Shown here piece after piece: positions 28,452 to 38,802 of a stretch of 64,000 nt of DNA. Position numbers and translations under genes: made by a program. Positions within the stretch are counted from its first letter, which is position 1. Each line of letters starts with the position of its first letter. The stretch comes from a virus. A model generated the notes under the pieces. That model was not told the DNA's origin, made no database searches, and saw only the letters and a list, made by a program, of their open reading frames with translations. The stretch lies in the IMG/VR virus record IMGVR_UViG_3300030493_000012; one strand, 5' to 3'.

Positions 28452-29210
28452 TTAATTTGTTTTCAGTCTATTAATTATAATCTCATAATACTTTTGTTCC
28501 TTCTCAATTCCAATAAAATTTCGATTAAGATTTTTAGCCGCAACCAATGTTGAGCCAGAACCGGCGCAGTTATCCAAAACTAAGTCGCCTTCATTTGAAT
28601 AGGTCTTAATTAGATATTCTAATAAATCCACAGGTTTTTGCGAAGGATGCAATGTTCCTAATCTGTTTGGAATACTGGCAAACTTCTTAATTGAAGTAGG
28701 ATTCCTTAATAAAGATATTTGTTTTAATGAGTCTTGTTTTTCAAGCCCGGTTGTAGATTCTCCATGATTGCGATAAGAACCAAAATTTTTACCAGTGGCA
28801 AATCTAGCCTTCGATTTCTCTGTGAAGCCTTCTCTTTCTTCTTGTATTGCATTAAACGCACCATGATAAAAGACAGAAACGATTTCATGATTTCTCATTG
28901 GCTGCTTTTTTGATAAAGCAATTCCACTTGGTTTAGACTTATGCCAAATCCAGTCGTATCGGAAATTCTTAATATTGCTCATTCTCAAATACGAAGAAAA
29001 TGGCTCGCTCCCGAAAAGTGCAATAACACAAGAATCTTTTCTTATTCTAATATATTCTGGCCATAATTTTTCAAAAGGAATTATAATATCCCAAGAATTT
29101 GAAGTTGAGCCATAAGGAAGGTCGCAGATAATTAAATCAATTGATTTATCATCAATTTCTTTCATCTTTTCAAGGCAGTCAGCACAGTAAACTTGATTAA
29201 TTTCTAACAT
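28452..29210 (-). CDS. DNA adenine/cytosine-N4 methyltransferase, beta class
   Basis: ICDLPYG (motif IV variant), HPSQKP, VLDNCAGSGST...FIGIE. Confidence 0.92.
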   Translation of the reverse strand: MLEINQVYCADCLEKMKEIDDKSIDLIICDLPYGSTSNSWDIIIPFEKLWPEYIRIRKDSCVIALFGSEPFSSYLRMSNIKNFRYDWIWHKSKPSGIALSKKQPMRNHEIVSVFYHGAFNAIQEEREGFTEKSKARFATGKNFGSYRNHGESTTGLEKQDSLKQISLLRNPTSIKKFASIPNRLGTLHPSQKPVDLLEYLIKTYSNEGDLVLDNCAGSGSTLVAAKNLNRNFIGIEKEQKYYEIIINRLKTN

Positions 29211-29457
29211 ATTTTATTTCAAAATACTTTCTTAAATGGTAAGCATAAGCTATTCTTTTTATTCTTAGTCTATAACTTTTCTCCCATTCTTCTGGTGCTT
29301 GCAAGATTGAATGAATTTTAGAGGCAAAATCCGCCGCTCTATCATAATAACAAAAAGGAATAAACCTACCATGATTAGCCTCAGAAAGAGCAATTTCCCA
29401 GTATTCAGAGAAAGTTAGCTTTTCTGGACTATAAATAAACAATTCTTTTTTATCCAT
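29197..29457 (-). CDS. Hypothetical protein
   Basis: Overlaps the methyltransferase start. Confidence 0.6.
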   Translation of the reverse strand: MDKKELFIYSPEKLTFSEYWEIALSEANHGRFIPFCYYDRAADFASKIHSILQAPEEWEKSYRLRIKRIAYAYHLRKYFEIKYVRN

Positions 29458-29643
29458 ATTAATCCTCTAATCCTAATGCTAGACTAAAACCTTCATTCAA
29501 GATTTCTTGAACTACGGACTCAGGAATATTGTGTTTGGCGGCTAACTCTTTGACCTTTTCGGCAATTTGTTCGGTTAAGTTCATGATTTAATTATTCGCT
29601 TTATTGCGTTTAATGTCAAGATTTAGTTACGAAAAGCCGCTCG

Positions 29644-29817
29644 TTAGTCAGTTAAAGCCATAAAAACATAATACGGCCACGCCAAAACTCGCTTCAAAAA
29701 GTATTTTCGGAAAGTCCAAAACTGATTAAATTTAATTAGCCCGAAAACAAAAGGCAATATTCCGAAAAGCCCACCAATGCCAAAATAAATAATTGGAATA
29801 AGAATTAAATCATCCAT
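29644..29817 (-). CDS. Small membrane protein
   Basis: Manual translation MDDLILIPIIYFGIGGLFGILPFVFGL...AWPYYVF. Confidence 0.55.
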   Translation of the reverse strand: MDDLILIPIIYFGIGGLFGILPFVFGLIKFNQFWTFRKYFLKRVLAWPYYVFMALTD

Positions 29818-29833
29818 AAATCAGTAGTTTGTT

Positions 29834-30052
29834 TTAACTCATCCGATAGATAGTCCAACCAAAACCATTTTTATTCCATCGTTTTTTGTGCCAATCAATA
29901 TGCACAATTTCGAGCAAAACTTCTAGTCCCAAGATATTTAGACCGAAAATAATATTGTAATAATCCCAATGGCAAGTAGCACTAAACCACTCTGAATTAT
30001 TGTAATGTCCGGTCAAGGCCCAAGGCCACTTTGGATTGTGAAAGATTGTCAT
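29834..30052 (-). CDS. Hypothetical Trp-rich protein
   Basis: TTGACA-N17-TAGACT-N6-ATG. Confidence 0.6.
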   Translation of the reverse strand: MTIFHNPKWPWALTGHYNNSEWFSATCHWDYYNIIFGLNILGLEVLLEIVHIDWHKKRWNKNGFGWTIYRMS

Positions 30053-30095
30053 GTTTTTAGTCTATGTTAAACAAACAACGATGTCAATCATAATT

Positions 30096-30305
30096 TTATT
30101 CAACCAGCCTCAAATATTCCACGTTGGCCAAAATACAAGAGACATAAATAGTCTCATTTTGATTCCAAAACCCCTCGTCTAGTCTCACAACAACTGGCTT
30201 AATCGCAGTATCGCTCAACTCAATTGGCGAGCTAATAATAGTTCCAACTGTGTTTTGTGCAATATTAATTCTTACCTTGTCGCCAATTTTCAAATTTACC
30301 TTCAT
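30096..30305 (-). CDS. Small SH3/KOW-like protein
   Basis: KIGDKV...G.I...IYVS; paralog of 34766..34978. Confidence 0.6.
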   Translation of the reverse strand: MKVNLKIGDKVRINIAQNTVGTIISSPIELSDTAIKPVVVRLDEGFWNQNETIYVSCILANVEYLRLVE

Positions 30306-30344
30306 GCTTTAATAATTAACTTTTCGTCACTAAATGTCAAACGT

Positions 30345-30581
30345 TTATTCTGGCTTAATCAACCATTCTTTAATCTGCTCATGGCTAACACCATAAAGAC
30401 CGTCATGCTGTGTCAACATATACTTGATAGTGCCAATCAGCATATCAGGCTCGCAAAAATCATCTGGATATTCCAAGTCGCCCAAAATATCAGAATAAAA
30501 CTCAAAGGTTTCTTTTTTAGACCAGTTCTTTTCAATAGCCTTGGCTGCAACTGTTTTAGAAATGTCAAAATGTTGGCTCAT
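30345..30581 (-). CDS. Hypothetical protein
   Basis: ORF in dense minus-strand array. Confidence 0.6.
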   Translation of the reverse strand: MSQHFDISKTVAAKAIEKNWSKKETFEFYSDILGDLEYPDDFCEPDMLIGTIKYMLTQHDGLYGVSHEQIKEWLIKPE

Positions 30582-30791
30582 AAGTTTTGTTTATTCTATA
30601 ACCTCGCCTTCGTGAATAAAAGACTTAAGGTGTTTGTCTATATCTACTTTGTCTGAATAATTCTTTTTAAGATAAGCTAATTCACCGTCCAAAAGATAAT
30701 TAGTTGCCAATTCTTTGGTTTTAAAAATTTTGTCAACCACCGCGCAGTTGTAACCGTCAGTTGTATAAGTAAAGTAAACTTTCATAGTTTA

Positions 30792-31034
30792 TCACTCAAG
30801 CCTGTTTTTAATAGCATCCTCAATCTTATTCCATTCTTTTGAACAAAAATCGCCAAAAAACTCAGGATGGTTACGATGAATTTCTAAAAATACCTCTCTC
30901 AATTCTGGACAAGTACCATAGATATGGCCGGTAATTATTGCCGTATTCAAAACGGCCAAAAATTCCTTAGCCAGTTGGCCTGAAAAACGAACGTCAAATT
31001 CTACTTCCATTGTTTTTTTAATGTTTTTAACCAT
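30792..31034 (-). CDS. Hypothetical protein
   Basis: ORF in dense minus-strand array. Confidence 0.55.
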   Translation of the reverse strand: MVKNIKKTMEVEFDVRFSGQLAKEFLAVLNTAIITGHIYGTCPELREVFLEIHRNHPEFFGDFCSKEWNKIEDAIKNRLE

Positions 31035-31507
31035 AATTTTAGAATAGTCTTAAAGACCGCCAAAGTCAAGTTTTCCTTTATTGTCCATTATGATTTTTAG
31101 CTCTGTGACATGACAACCCTGTTTGTGGCCACAGATATAAGATTTAGCCTCTCTTTCCGACAAGGCACAATAATATTCAATGCCATCAATCAAAACCATG
31201 AAGAAATTATTATCTTGTTTTATTTCGTATTTCATTTTAATCAAAGAAACCGCCTTTTTGCTTGTGCCTGCAAACATAGCACAGCAAACTAATTAGCGCG
31301 AATAATCCAATGACCAAAAGAAAATTCATCTTATTTATTCTTAGAATCAAAACTCAACACAACACACTTCAAATTCGTCATATCAAGCCACCAACCCGGC
31401 TCAACCATATTTTCATTACCAACCGTAATTTTGTCAATTTCGGCAATTCTGGTAATAATTTCGGCCTTTAGTTCTTCAAATTTCTGGTGTGGAATTTCGT
31501 TCATAAA

Positions 31508-31720
31508 TTAAGATTCACTAAAATTTCTGGACTCTACCAAATAAATATTGCGAAAAGAACCTTTGTTTTTTGCGCTCTTTCTCATTAGTTCATAATGAAA
31601 CGAAAAAGCCTCTCCAAAATCCAAAAATCCTCGGCAATTTCTTTCTCGCCAATAATCGCCATCTTCACTTCCGATAGTCGGCCATTCATATTCATCGTAA
31701 ATAACAAAGTATTTATACAT
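31508..31720 (-). CDS. Hypothetical protein
   Basis: TTGACA-N17-TAATCT-N6-ATG. Confidence 0.65.
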   Translation of the reverse strand: MYKYFVIYDEYEWPTIGSEDGDYWRERNCRGFLDFGEAFSFHYELMRKSAKNKGSFRNIYLVESRNFSES

Positions 31721-31755
31721 AATTAAAGATTAGGCTTAAGTTACGAAAATGTCAA

Positions 31756-31977
31756 CTAAATTAAATTTAAATACGAATCCAAAGTTTTCTGAATTTCAAA
31801 AACATTACCAGTTCCAAAACTATCAGCCGGAAAAATCTGTTTTTCGTTCATAATAATCAAAATACCTTTCAATTTGCGGCCACATAAATAACTTGCAATA
31901 TTGCTAGTTTTTGCAAAGTGTTTAAGCGTCATGTCGTTTTTGTTAATAACAAAGAAAGGAAAGGTTTTGCTGTTCAT
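31756..31977 (-). CDS. Hypothetical protein
   Basis: TTGACA-N17-AATCTT-N7-ATG. Confidence 0.6.
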   Translation of the reverse strand: MNSKTFPFFVINKNDMTLKHFAKTSNIASYLCGRKLKGILIIMNEKQIFPADSFGTGNVFEIQKTLDSYLNLI

Positions 31978-32009
31978 AATTTTTAAGATTCGCTAAATTT
32001 CCGAAAATG

Positions 32010-32207
32010 TCAATGCTTTATTGAGCCATCCTTATGCTTGAAAAACTTAACTGGAAACCTGCAAGTTGACATCATCTGCCGCCTATTCCATTCTTTCCTT
32101 GAAATTGGTTTATTAAAGCTTTGGCCATCAACACGCCAGCCATCGCGGTCATAAATAATAATTCCAGTAATTTTCTCCCAAGTTGAAGGTTTGTGCTTTT
32201 TGGTCAT
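32010..32207 (-). CDS. Hypothetical protein
   Basis: Own promoter; TGA inside the next -35 box. Confidence 0.6.
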   Translation of the reverse strand: MTKKHKPSTWEKITGIIIYDRDGWRVDGQSFNKPISRKEWNRRQMMSTCRFPVKFFKHKDGSIKH

Positions 32208-32490
32208 AATTGATTGTTGGTTTTTCCGAAAAGAATGTCAATAACTATTCCTGATTAAACTATCAAAATCCAAGTCTAAACACAAAATCGCGCAAGTATG
32301 ATTTAGTCCGAAAACATCCAAATGCTTGGCTTTGTCCTGCCACTCTCTAATGTCTTTTGTTAAAATTGTTGATGGGCAAAATAGAGCCAGATATTCTGCG
32401 CTATCTTCTGATAGATTGATTTCTTTTGAGCCGCGAGAGATAATATAGAAATTCTTCATAATTAGAGTATTGGTTTTAACAACAGACAAG

Positions 32491-32784
32491 TCAACCATTT
32501 TTCAATTCTCTAAAAACAGCCCAAAAATTACTAAAATCCTTTTTATCTGATTTTCGCGCTAAAGCCTTATATTCACTTATCTTATCCCCATGAATATTAA
32601 ATGCCTCATTCCGAATTTCAAGATTATCTTGCTCGCCAGCCAATTCAATTGCTTGGCGATAAATGGGCTCTTGCTCGGCTGGAAAATTTGTTAGAATTTC
32701 TTGTGGCAAGTGAATACCGCGCTCAATATCAAATGTTAGGTTTTCTAAACTCTTTTGTTTATTTATTGGCCAATTAAATCTCAT
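32491..32784 (-). CDS. Hypothetical protein
   Basis: TTGATT-N17-AATACT-N6-ATG. Confidence 0.65.
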   Translation of the reverse strand: MRFNWPINKQKSLENLTFDIERGIHLPQEILTNFPAEQEPIYRQAIELAGEQDNLEIRNEAFNIHGDKISEYKALARKSDKKDFSNFWAVFRELKNG

Positions 32785-32815
32785 AATTTAAGTATTGATT
32801 TTCGTAACCATCAAA

Positions 32816-33115
32816 TCAAGCAATTTCTCCAGTTTCAGCAAATTTAGTCAAGAACGGCAGCAATTTCTTAACTTGGCTCTGTGTCAAATGCATTCTATCA
32901 TAGACCAAAACCTCTTTAACCCCAAGTTTTTGGCTCAATTCTTTGAAAGTTACTTCTTGCCAAGGCATACCAATCATTATATGATTTTCTTCAACGCCAA
33001 GCCACAAAAGCCGCTCATCTTCAATAGCAGAAGAAATTTGCATATTGCATTTACGGCCATTTGCATCTTTAAATTCACGATAATCAAAGCCTCTGGCTGT
33101 TTGTTTTAGTTTCAT
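32816..33115 (-). CDS. Conserved phage hypothetical protein
   Basis: RGF...F.D..G..C..Q.SS...LWLG...RMHL...V..LLP.L..F.ETG; start refined by promoter. Confidence 0.75.
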   Translation of the reverse strand: MKLKQTARGFDYREFKDANGRKCNMQISSAIEDERLLWLGVEENHIMIGMPWQEVTFKELSQKLGVKEVLVYDRMHLTQSQVKKLLPFLTKFAETGEIA

Positions 33116-33375
33116 ATTTATATTCTGTATTTTTACCACCAAAGAGTCAAACCTTTTTCTTCAAATGCCAACAATTACAAACGCTACACAAATAAGCTGT
33201 CAACCTGTGAAATTCACTAGGCGGAACAACCTTTTTGATATGCTCGACATAACTATAAGCATCTTTCTTTGATAAAAACCTTTGTTTGGACAAACAAACT
33301 TGCCTGCTGCTTGGCGGCACTAAAGATTTTTGTTTAAGCCTTTGATAGTGAGATATTTGCATCTTTAATTACAAG

Positions 33376-33675
33376 CTACCAATTAGCCGTCACATTCACT
33401 GGCACGGTTTTGTAAAGTTCCAAGACTGCATTTTCCCCGTCTGCATCAATAATATTAATATTATTACCTAAAACCAAGGCGTCAGACAAACCTTGTTCGG
33501 TAATTTCGATGAGTTTTCTTAATCCAGAATTACTTTCATAAACAATCTCTAAAACAATATTGTTTGGGTTGCCGTTAATTTCATTGTCTCCAATTTGACA
33601 ATTAAAGTCCCCATCCACGACAACGGTATTAAGGCTAATTTGTTTGGCTAGACTAAGGATTTTGTTTTCGTTCAT
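33376..33675 (-). CDS. Hypothetical protein
   Basis: Downstream of TTGACT-N17-TAATCT. Confidence 0.6.
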   Translation of the reverse strand: MNENKILSLAKQISLNTVVVDGDFNCQIGDNEINGNPNNIVLEIVYESNSGLRKLIEITEQGLSDALVLGNNINIIDADGENAVLELYKTVPVNVTANW

Positions 33676-34071
33676 AATTGTTTTCGCTAAATTGTTACCA
33701 CCAACAAGAGATTAAACTTTCGGAACATTAAAGTCAACCATTAAAAATTATTTCTACACCATTCCAAAAGCCATTCATCGGACTGTTGGCAGGCAAAATC
33801 ATATTCGGCGCACCAACAAAAATCTTTATCTGAATAATCGGGCAAACTATCAGAGGCATAAGCACGACAAACCTCTTCTCTGGTCATGTTATCGAAAAAG
33901 AAATCCATATTTTTAGCTTAAACTTTTTATTCCAAAATGTCAAGTTCTATTTTAGAAGCATACAAATTTACTTCACAAACCACCGGAACGCCTCTTTGCC
34001 AGCTTCCCATGTCTGAACTGTAGCTATAATCATCATAGCTCTTATGCAGAGGATATTTTTCGCTCTCAGCA

Positions 34072-34482
34072 TCAATTACTAATTCTCTTTTTTCTGGCTG
34101 ATAAGGCTCCGGGTTTTTTAATTTCAGGCTGAAAATTATAATGCGCCTTAAAGAATTGCACAAAAATCGGATACTTCCAAGTAACCACAACCTCTTGATT
34201 GTCAGTAACTTTTGTTTCTAAGACTGGCTCGCCGCTGAAAATTTCAAAATACCCACTTGGTTTTTCGCCCCAACCGCCGTTTTTAAACGCATAATAAGAA
34301 GTAATATTGCAATCTTCAAATCCTTTTGGTACATAACAAAGACGGCGAGGATTGGGAAGTGTCGCAGAAGTTTTAATTCCAGACAAAAACTTAATAGCCG
34401 CTTCTGGCGTCTTAAATAGCTTTTCTTCGTAATCGTCAATTACGGAATAAGAATTGTTGGTTTTCCAAACGGTAAGTTTCAT
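34072..34482 (-). CDS. Hypothetical protein
   Basis: TTGACA-N17-TAGCAT-N6-ATG. Confidence 0.65.
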   Translation of the reverse strand: MKLTVWKTNNSYSVIDDYEEKLFKTPEAAIKFLSGIKTSATLPNPRRLCYVPKGFEDCNITSYYAFKNGGWGEKPSGYFEIFSGEPVLETKVTDNQEVVVTWKYPIFVQFFKAHYNFQPEIKKPGALSARKKRISN

Positions 34483-34503
34483 GTTTTTATGCTAAACTAA
34501 ATA

Positions 34504-34773
34504 CTAAGACCTGTCAACCAAATTGTGCCATTTGTAGTTTTTAAAAACAAATCCTTGACCATTACAACTGCTACAAATTCTTTGTGTATAAGAGTTTATA
34601 TAAGAACCAGCCCCGGCACATTCTGGACAACGCCGCTTGTTTTTCCAGAACGGTGAATACCAGAAATACCAAGTTTGGAGCCTATTCTTAAACTCATAAT
34701 AAAAATGAAAAGCCCAGTCAGGCCAAGTGCTTGGCAGGAATCTCCAATAATGATTTTTGAGCCATTTAATCAT
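34504..34773 (-). CDS. Small protein with DnaJ-type CxxCxGxG zinc finger
   Basis: CPECAGAG...CSSCNGQG. Confidence 0.65.
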   Translation of the reverse strand: MIKWLKNHYWRFLPSTWPDWAFHFYYEFKNRLQTWYFWYSPFWKNKRRCPECAGAGSYINSYTQRICSSCNGQGFVFKNYKWHNLVDRS

Positions 34774-34978
34774 TCTCTACCTTAGAAAGATTTGAAAGCG
34801 CACAACAAACAGTCGAAACATAAATTCTCTTATCTCTAATCCAGCCGCCAGTATTATCGCCATAACCAAGAAAAACCAACGCAAAAGGATTTGGGCCTTT
34901 AATTATATGCGTAATTTCTCCTTTAATATCGTCATATCCGAAAATATGGACTTTATCGCCAATTTTGAATTTTTTCAT
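34766..34978 (-). CDS. Small SH3/KOW-like protein
   Basis: KIGDKV...IYVS; own promoter. Confidence 0.6.
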   Translation of the reverse strand: MKKFKIGDKVHIFGYDDIKGEITHIIKGPNPFALVFLGYGDNTGGWIRDKRIYVSTVCCALSNLSKVEND

Positions 34979-35009
34979 AATTAAAGATTAAACTTTCCAA
35001 ACATCCAAA

Positions 35010-35861
35010 TCAACAAAAAACCGTCTTTTCTGTCAACTGATTAACATCTGTAATTTTAACCTTGGCATCCTTGGGCGGCTCAACAATCAAAGTATTGTAT
35101 TTACCACCATACAAAGTCATGAATTGCAAACTTTTGTTTGTATTGTTTTCGTCAATTAAAGTTAAAGTATTAGCTTCTGTGTTCCAAAGCCATTTTCGGT
35201 CATCAATAATAACTTCCGAATTGTCCTTAATTGTTGATAGATAAGCAGTTCGGCCTATATAATCTTGGTTAGTAATTGGCTTCAAATCTGGATTAGCCGC
35301 CAAAACCTTCTTATACATTTCATAGTCAAAACCAACCAAGTCTTGAAGAAAAAGCGGGACTACTTCTTTTTGATAGCTGGTAATTTCACCACCCATTAAG
35401 GCATAAGGTCGCGCTTTGATTATTTTTGTAATGTTTTCGACTGTCCAAGCGGAAACCGGCAAGAAGGGAACGCCAGAGATAAAAAACGCACTATTTGAAA
35501 CGAACGGCAAGCCTATTTGTTCCATGTCAACATGAGCATAGTCTAGCAGGATATAGTCGCCAATTTTGGCCATTTTAATAGTCGGAGCCTTTAGTTTATC
35601 CAGAATATCCTTATATTGCTCTTTGTTCTTATTAATCCAGCCAGAAAACTTGTTCGATAGGCGAGACGGGCCATGCTCAACACTGTATTTTCCATAAGTA
35701 CATGACGCGCAAAGGCAGTTCAGCCGCCGACATTGGCCAGCCTTGAACAAATCGCACTCTTTGGTTTTATCGCACCAAACTGTTTGAAGCTGCGCCGGTT
35801 CTCTTTTAGGCTGCTTGAAAAGAGCGTTGGCCGGGTTGTAAATGTGTGCGTTAATGAGCAT
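35010..35861 (-). CDS. Conserved phage hypothetical protein with Cys-rich N-terminus
   Basis: 283 aa; TTGATA-N17-TAATCT-N6-ATG. Confidence 0.75.
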   Translation of the reverse strand: MLINAHIYNPANALFKQPKREPAQLQTVWCDKTKECDLFKAGQCRRLNCLCASCTYGKYSVEHGPSRLSNKFSGWINKNKEQYKDILDKLKAPTIKMAKIGDYILLDYAHVDMEQIGLPFVSNSAFFISGVPFLPVSAWTVENITKIIKARPYALMGGEITSYQKEVVPLFLQDLVGFDYEMYKKVLAANPDLKPITNQDYIGRTAYLSTIKDNSEVIIDDRKWLWNTEANTLTLIDENNTNKSLQFMTLYGGKYNTLIVEPPKDAKVKITDVNQLTEKTVFC

Positions 35862-36261
35862 AGTTAAAGATTAATCTTTATTTTCCACAATATCAATCTC
35901 CAAAACATTGGCATTGTCAATAAACTTGGTTTCGCCGTTTTCTGGAATGATGGCGTAATAATCTTTGGTCACAGAAAAGGACTTGGCCTTAAGATGTTGG
36001 ATGTTGCCACTGGTATAGAGGATTTTAATTATCATATTTTAAGTTTAAGTTTTCGGAGCTAATTAGTCAAGTTAAATTGTCGCTGAAAATGATACCAAGA
36101 TTGAATAATTTCGTGCATTTCTTCAAGGCTCAAAGTTTTGACACTCAAAGTAAGTTTAGTCTCGCCGGTTAAATCAGCCATTGTACCTAAATGAATTTTG
36201 TCTCTGGCTATGGACAAAACATTCTTTTGAGGATGAAAATTGAATTTTAACATAATATATT

Positions 36262-36771
36262 CTAAATTTCTGGACTTACCGCCTGATTTTCGCCGCCAAA
36301 CTTCTTTTTCAAACTCTCGAACACCGCTTTTTCTGCTTTAAGTTTTTTAGCCTTTTCCTCTTTAGCCTTGGCATCGTATTTGGCCAAAATATCATTAATA
36401 TAATTGGCAATTTCTACATCTAGTTCAAGGCCAGTAAGTTGGAAGAAATTTACAGGAAAATGAATTTCATGATATTCAGTCTCGCCGTCACGATATTCAT
36501 AATTAAAAGCAAATGATATTTTATCACTGGACGGCTCAATACTAATCCTATCAGAATATTGAATCTTGTGATAGCTCCACTCTGCACTCTCTAGCTGCTG
36601 GCCATACAACATTTTGCAATAAGGATTTTTGTCAAACTTGGTTTCTAAGATAGTCCAAATTTTAGCGGAGATAGACTTTGCTTGTCGGATAAATTCATCA
36701 GCTTGGTGGTCATAATTCACCTGAGCAGTACAAAGTTCTTCTTTAAGTTGTTTAAGATTGTTAATGTTCAT
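36262..36771 (-). CDS. Hypothetical protein
   Basis: TTGACA-N17-CATCCT-N6-ATG. Confidence 0.7.
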   Translation of the reverse strand: MNINNLKQLKEELCTAQVNYDHQADEFIRQAKSISAKIWTILETKFDKNPYCKMLYGQQLESAEWSYHKIQYSDRISIEPSSDKISFAFNYEYRDGETEYHEIHFPVNFFQLTGLELDVEIANYINDILAKYDAKAKEEKAKKLKAEKAVFESLKKKFGGENQAVSPEI

Positions 36772-37000
36772 AGTTTAAGGATGGGTTTTACAAACAATAA
36801 TGTCAACACTTTTCAAACTTCCAAGCGGCCAAATCACCTTTATCAGTAAAAATAACCTGTAAATTAAAATTCCGAAATTCGCAGTAAAGAGTTTCAGCCA
36901 TTTTTTCAATCAAATAGTGCGGAACACCTTGAGATTGAAGCATTTCTCTGATTTCAGAGGCGTCTTGGTTGTCAGAGATTTGGTAGGTGATTGTCATATT

Positions 37001-37222
37001 TTATCCAGCCAAAACAATTTTCTTGTTAATCCAAATACCTTTTCGTCTAATTTGTTTTTCGTATTCTGCAATTATTTGATTAGCCTTGGTTTTGTTTACT
37101 TTTTGCGATTCAAAACTCCAAAATTCTGGTTTATTAGTGCGACATTCCACGCTACCAATTAAATTGCCATCTAAAAATACATGATTAGTGGCGAATCCTA
37201 AAGTTGCAAATACAATGTTCAT
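37001..37222 (-). CDS. Hypothetical protein
   Basis: TTGACG-N17-TATTCT-N7-ATG. Confidence 0.6.
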   Translation of the reverse strand: MNIVFATLGFATNHVFLDGNLIGSVECRTNKPEFWSFESQKVNKTKANQIIAEYEKQIRRKGIWINKKIVLAG

Positions 37223-37258
37223 AATTCAAAGAATAAACTTTCAGAACAAATACGTCAA

Positions 37259-37447
37259 TCAGAATATTTCGGTATCAAGAAAATCTTTGATTCTTTGATT
37301 CATGTTGCGCTTCGCATTTTCATAACCTGCATTATGTCCATTGGCCCAACATTGACCAAATTTAAGAAACAAACCAGAGTCTTTTATTTTCTTTTGGTCT
37401 TCTGACGACAGGCTTTCAAAAAACGTGCTGAACATTTTAATTTCCAT
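37259..37447 (-). CDS. Hypothetical protein
   Basis: TTGACA-N17-TATTCT-N6-ATG. Confidence 0.6.
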   Translation of the reverse strand: MEIKMFSTFFESLSSEDQKKIKDSGLFLKFGQCWANGHNAGYENAKRNMNQRIKDFLDTEIF

Positions 37448-37524
37448 ATTTCAAGAATAGAGTTTTGTGGTTAGGTTGTCAAGAAAGAATCGAACGTGCA
37501 ACGATTTTAAGTGTAATATTAGAT

Positions 37525-38442
37525 ATGAAACAGGTTCAAATAGACGAAAATAAATTAATTGAATATCATTCGCAAGGTCTTGATTGCGATAAAATTGCCT
37601 CTATCTTTAACTGCGCCCGTTGGACAATATCTAAAAGGTTGAAACTATTAGGTTTAACTATTAATAAAGCCAAAAGAAATCCGCTTACCAAAGAAACAAA
37701 ACTGGTAATGTCGGAAAAGAGAAAAGAATGGATTCGCAATAACCCAGATAAACATCCGTGGCGAAATCATAATAAATTTAAATCAGTTCCTTGCGAGAAG
37801 GTTAAAGAGTGGCTGGTAAATAATAAAATTCAATTTATTTCCGAAATGGAGATTGAGTGCGCTGATAACCACACTTATTCTATAGACATAGCATTTCCAG
37901 AAAGAAAAATTGGATTAGAAATTAATGGAAACCAACATTATAACCGCGACGGAACGCTAAAACCTTATTATCAACAAAGAGAAAATTTGATTAAAGAGCT
38001 AGGCTGGCAACTGGTTCAAATACATTATTCATTGTGTTTTAATTTAGCTAAAATACAAAATATTGTTGAAAATGTTTTAGCCGGTAAAAATGAGGAATTT
38101 TTTAATTATAAAGAGTATTTTGAGGAAAAAGCCAAGAGAGAGCAAGAAAAGAAAACACCTAAAAAATGTTGCGATTGCGGCTCTGAAATTCATAAATATG
38201 CAATAAGATGTCGGAGTTGTGCGTCTTCGGCTATAAACAAAACAAGAACAAAAAGATGTGACAAAGAACAATTATTGGAATTAGTAAATAAATTTCCAAT
38301 GACAGCAATAGCTAAAAAATTCGGAGTTTCCGGTGGTTCTATTAAAAAATGGTGTAACTTTTACAATATAACAATTCCAGATAGAAGAGGATATTGGGCC
38401 AAGTTACAATATGGCAAAACAGAGCCTCAAATAATTATTTAA
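37525..38442 (+). CDS. Free-standing PD-(D/E)XK (Vsr/DUF559-like) endonuclease with HTH and Zn-ribbon domains
   Basis: YSIDIAFPERKIGLEINGNQH; CCDCG...CRSC; terminal HTH-like segments; start refined to ATG 37525. Confidence 0.8.
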   Translation: MKQVQIDENKLIEYHSQGLDCDKIASIFNCARWTISKRLKLLGLTINKAKRNPLTKETKLVMSEKRKEWIRNNPDKHPWRNHNKFKSVPCEKVKEWLVNNKIQFISEMEIECADNHTYSIDIAFPERKIGLEINGNQHYNRDGTLKPYYQQRENLIKELGWQLVQIHYSLCFNLAKIQNIVENVLAGKNEEFFNYKEYFEEKAKREQEKKTPKKCCDCGSEIHKYAIRCRSCASSAINKTRTKRCDKEQLLELVNKFPMTAIAKKFGVSGGSIKKWCNFYNITIPDRRGYWAKLQYGKTEPQIII

Positions 38443-38444
38443 AT

Positions 38445-38522
38445 TGGTGGTGTTGGCGGAAATCGAATCCGCATTATCCAATTATGCACATTCTGTTTAG
38501 AAGACAGAGCCATTACAACACC
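38445..38522 (-). tRNA. tRNA-Arg(UCU)-like RNA lacking a D-arm in the normal position
   Basis: GGTGTTG/CAACACC-ACCA; TCTGT-CTTCTAA-ACAGA; GCGGA-TTCGATT-TCCGC. Confidence 0.7.
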
Positions 38523-38583
38523 ATTAAAATCAACGACTTACAAAAGTTTTCGGAATCATTTTCAGAACTACTCATTAGCTCAA

Positions 38584-38766
38584 CTAACTCTTCTGGCTAT
38601 TGAAATAATCCAAAGTCTCAAACAATTTATACAGCGGCCTACTAACTTCTTGCCTAGTAAATTTCTTAGTTAGTTTTGCGGCGTAATCATATTGCAAATT
38701 ACCAATTACCTTGGTCAAAATTTCAATTTCCTTCTCTGTAAGACTGATGTTTATGATAGCGTCCAT
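38584..38766 (-). CDS. Hypothetical protein
   Basis: TTGACT-N17-AATAAT-N7-ATG. Confidence 0.6.
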   Translation of the reverse strand: MDAIINISLTEKEIEILTKVIGNLQYDYAAKLTKKFTRQEVSRPLYKLFETLDYFNSQKS

Positions 38767-38802
38767 AGTTTTGATTATTGTCTTTTATAACTACAAAGTC
38801 AA

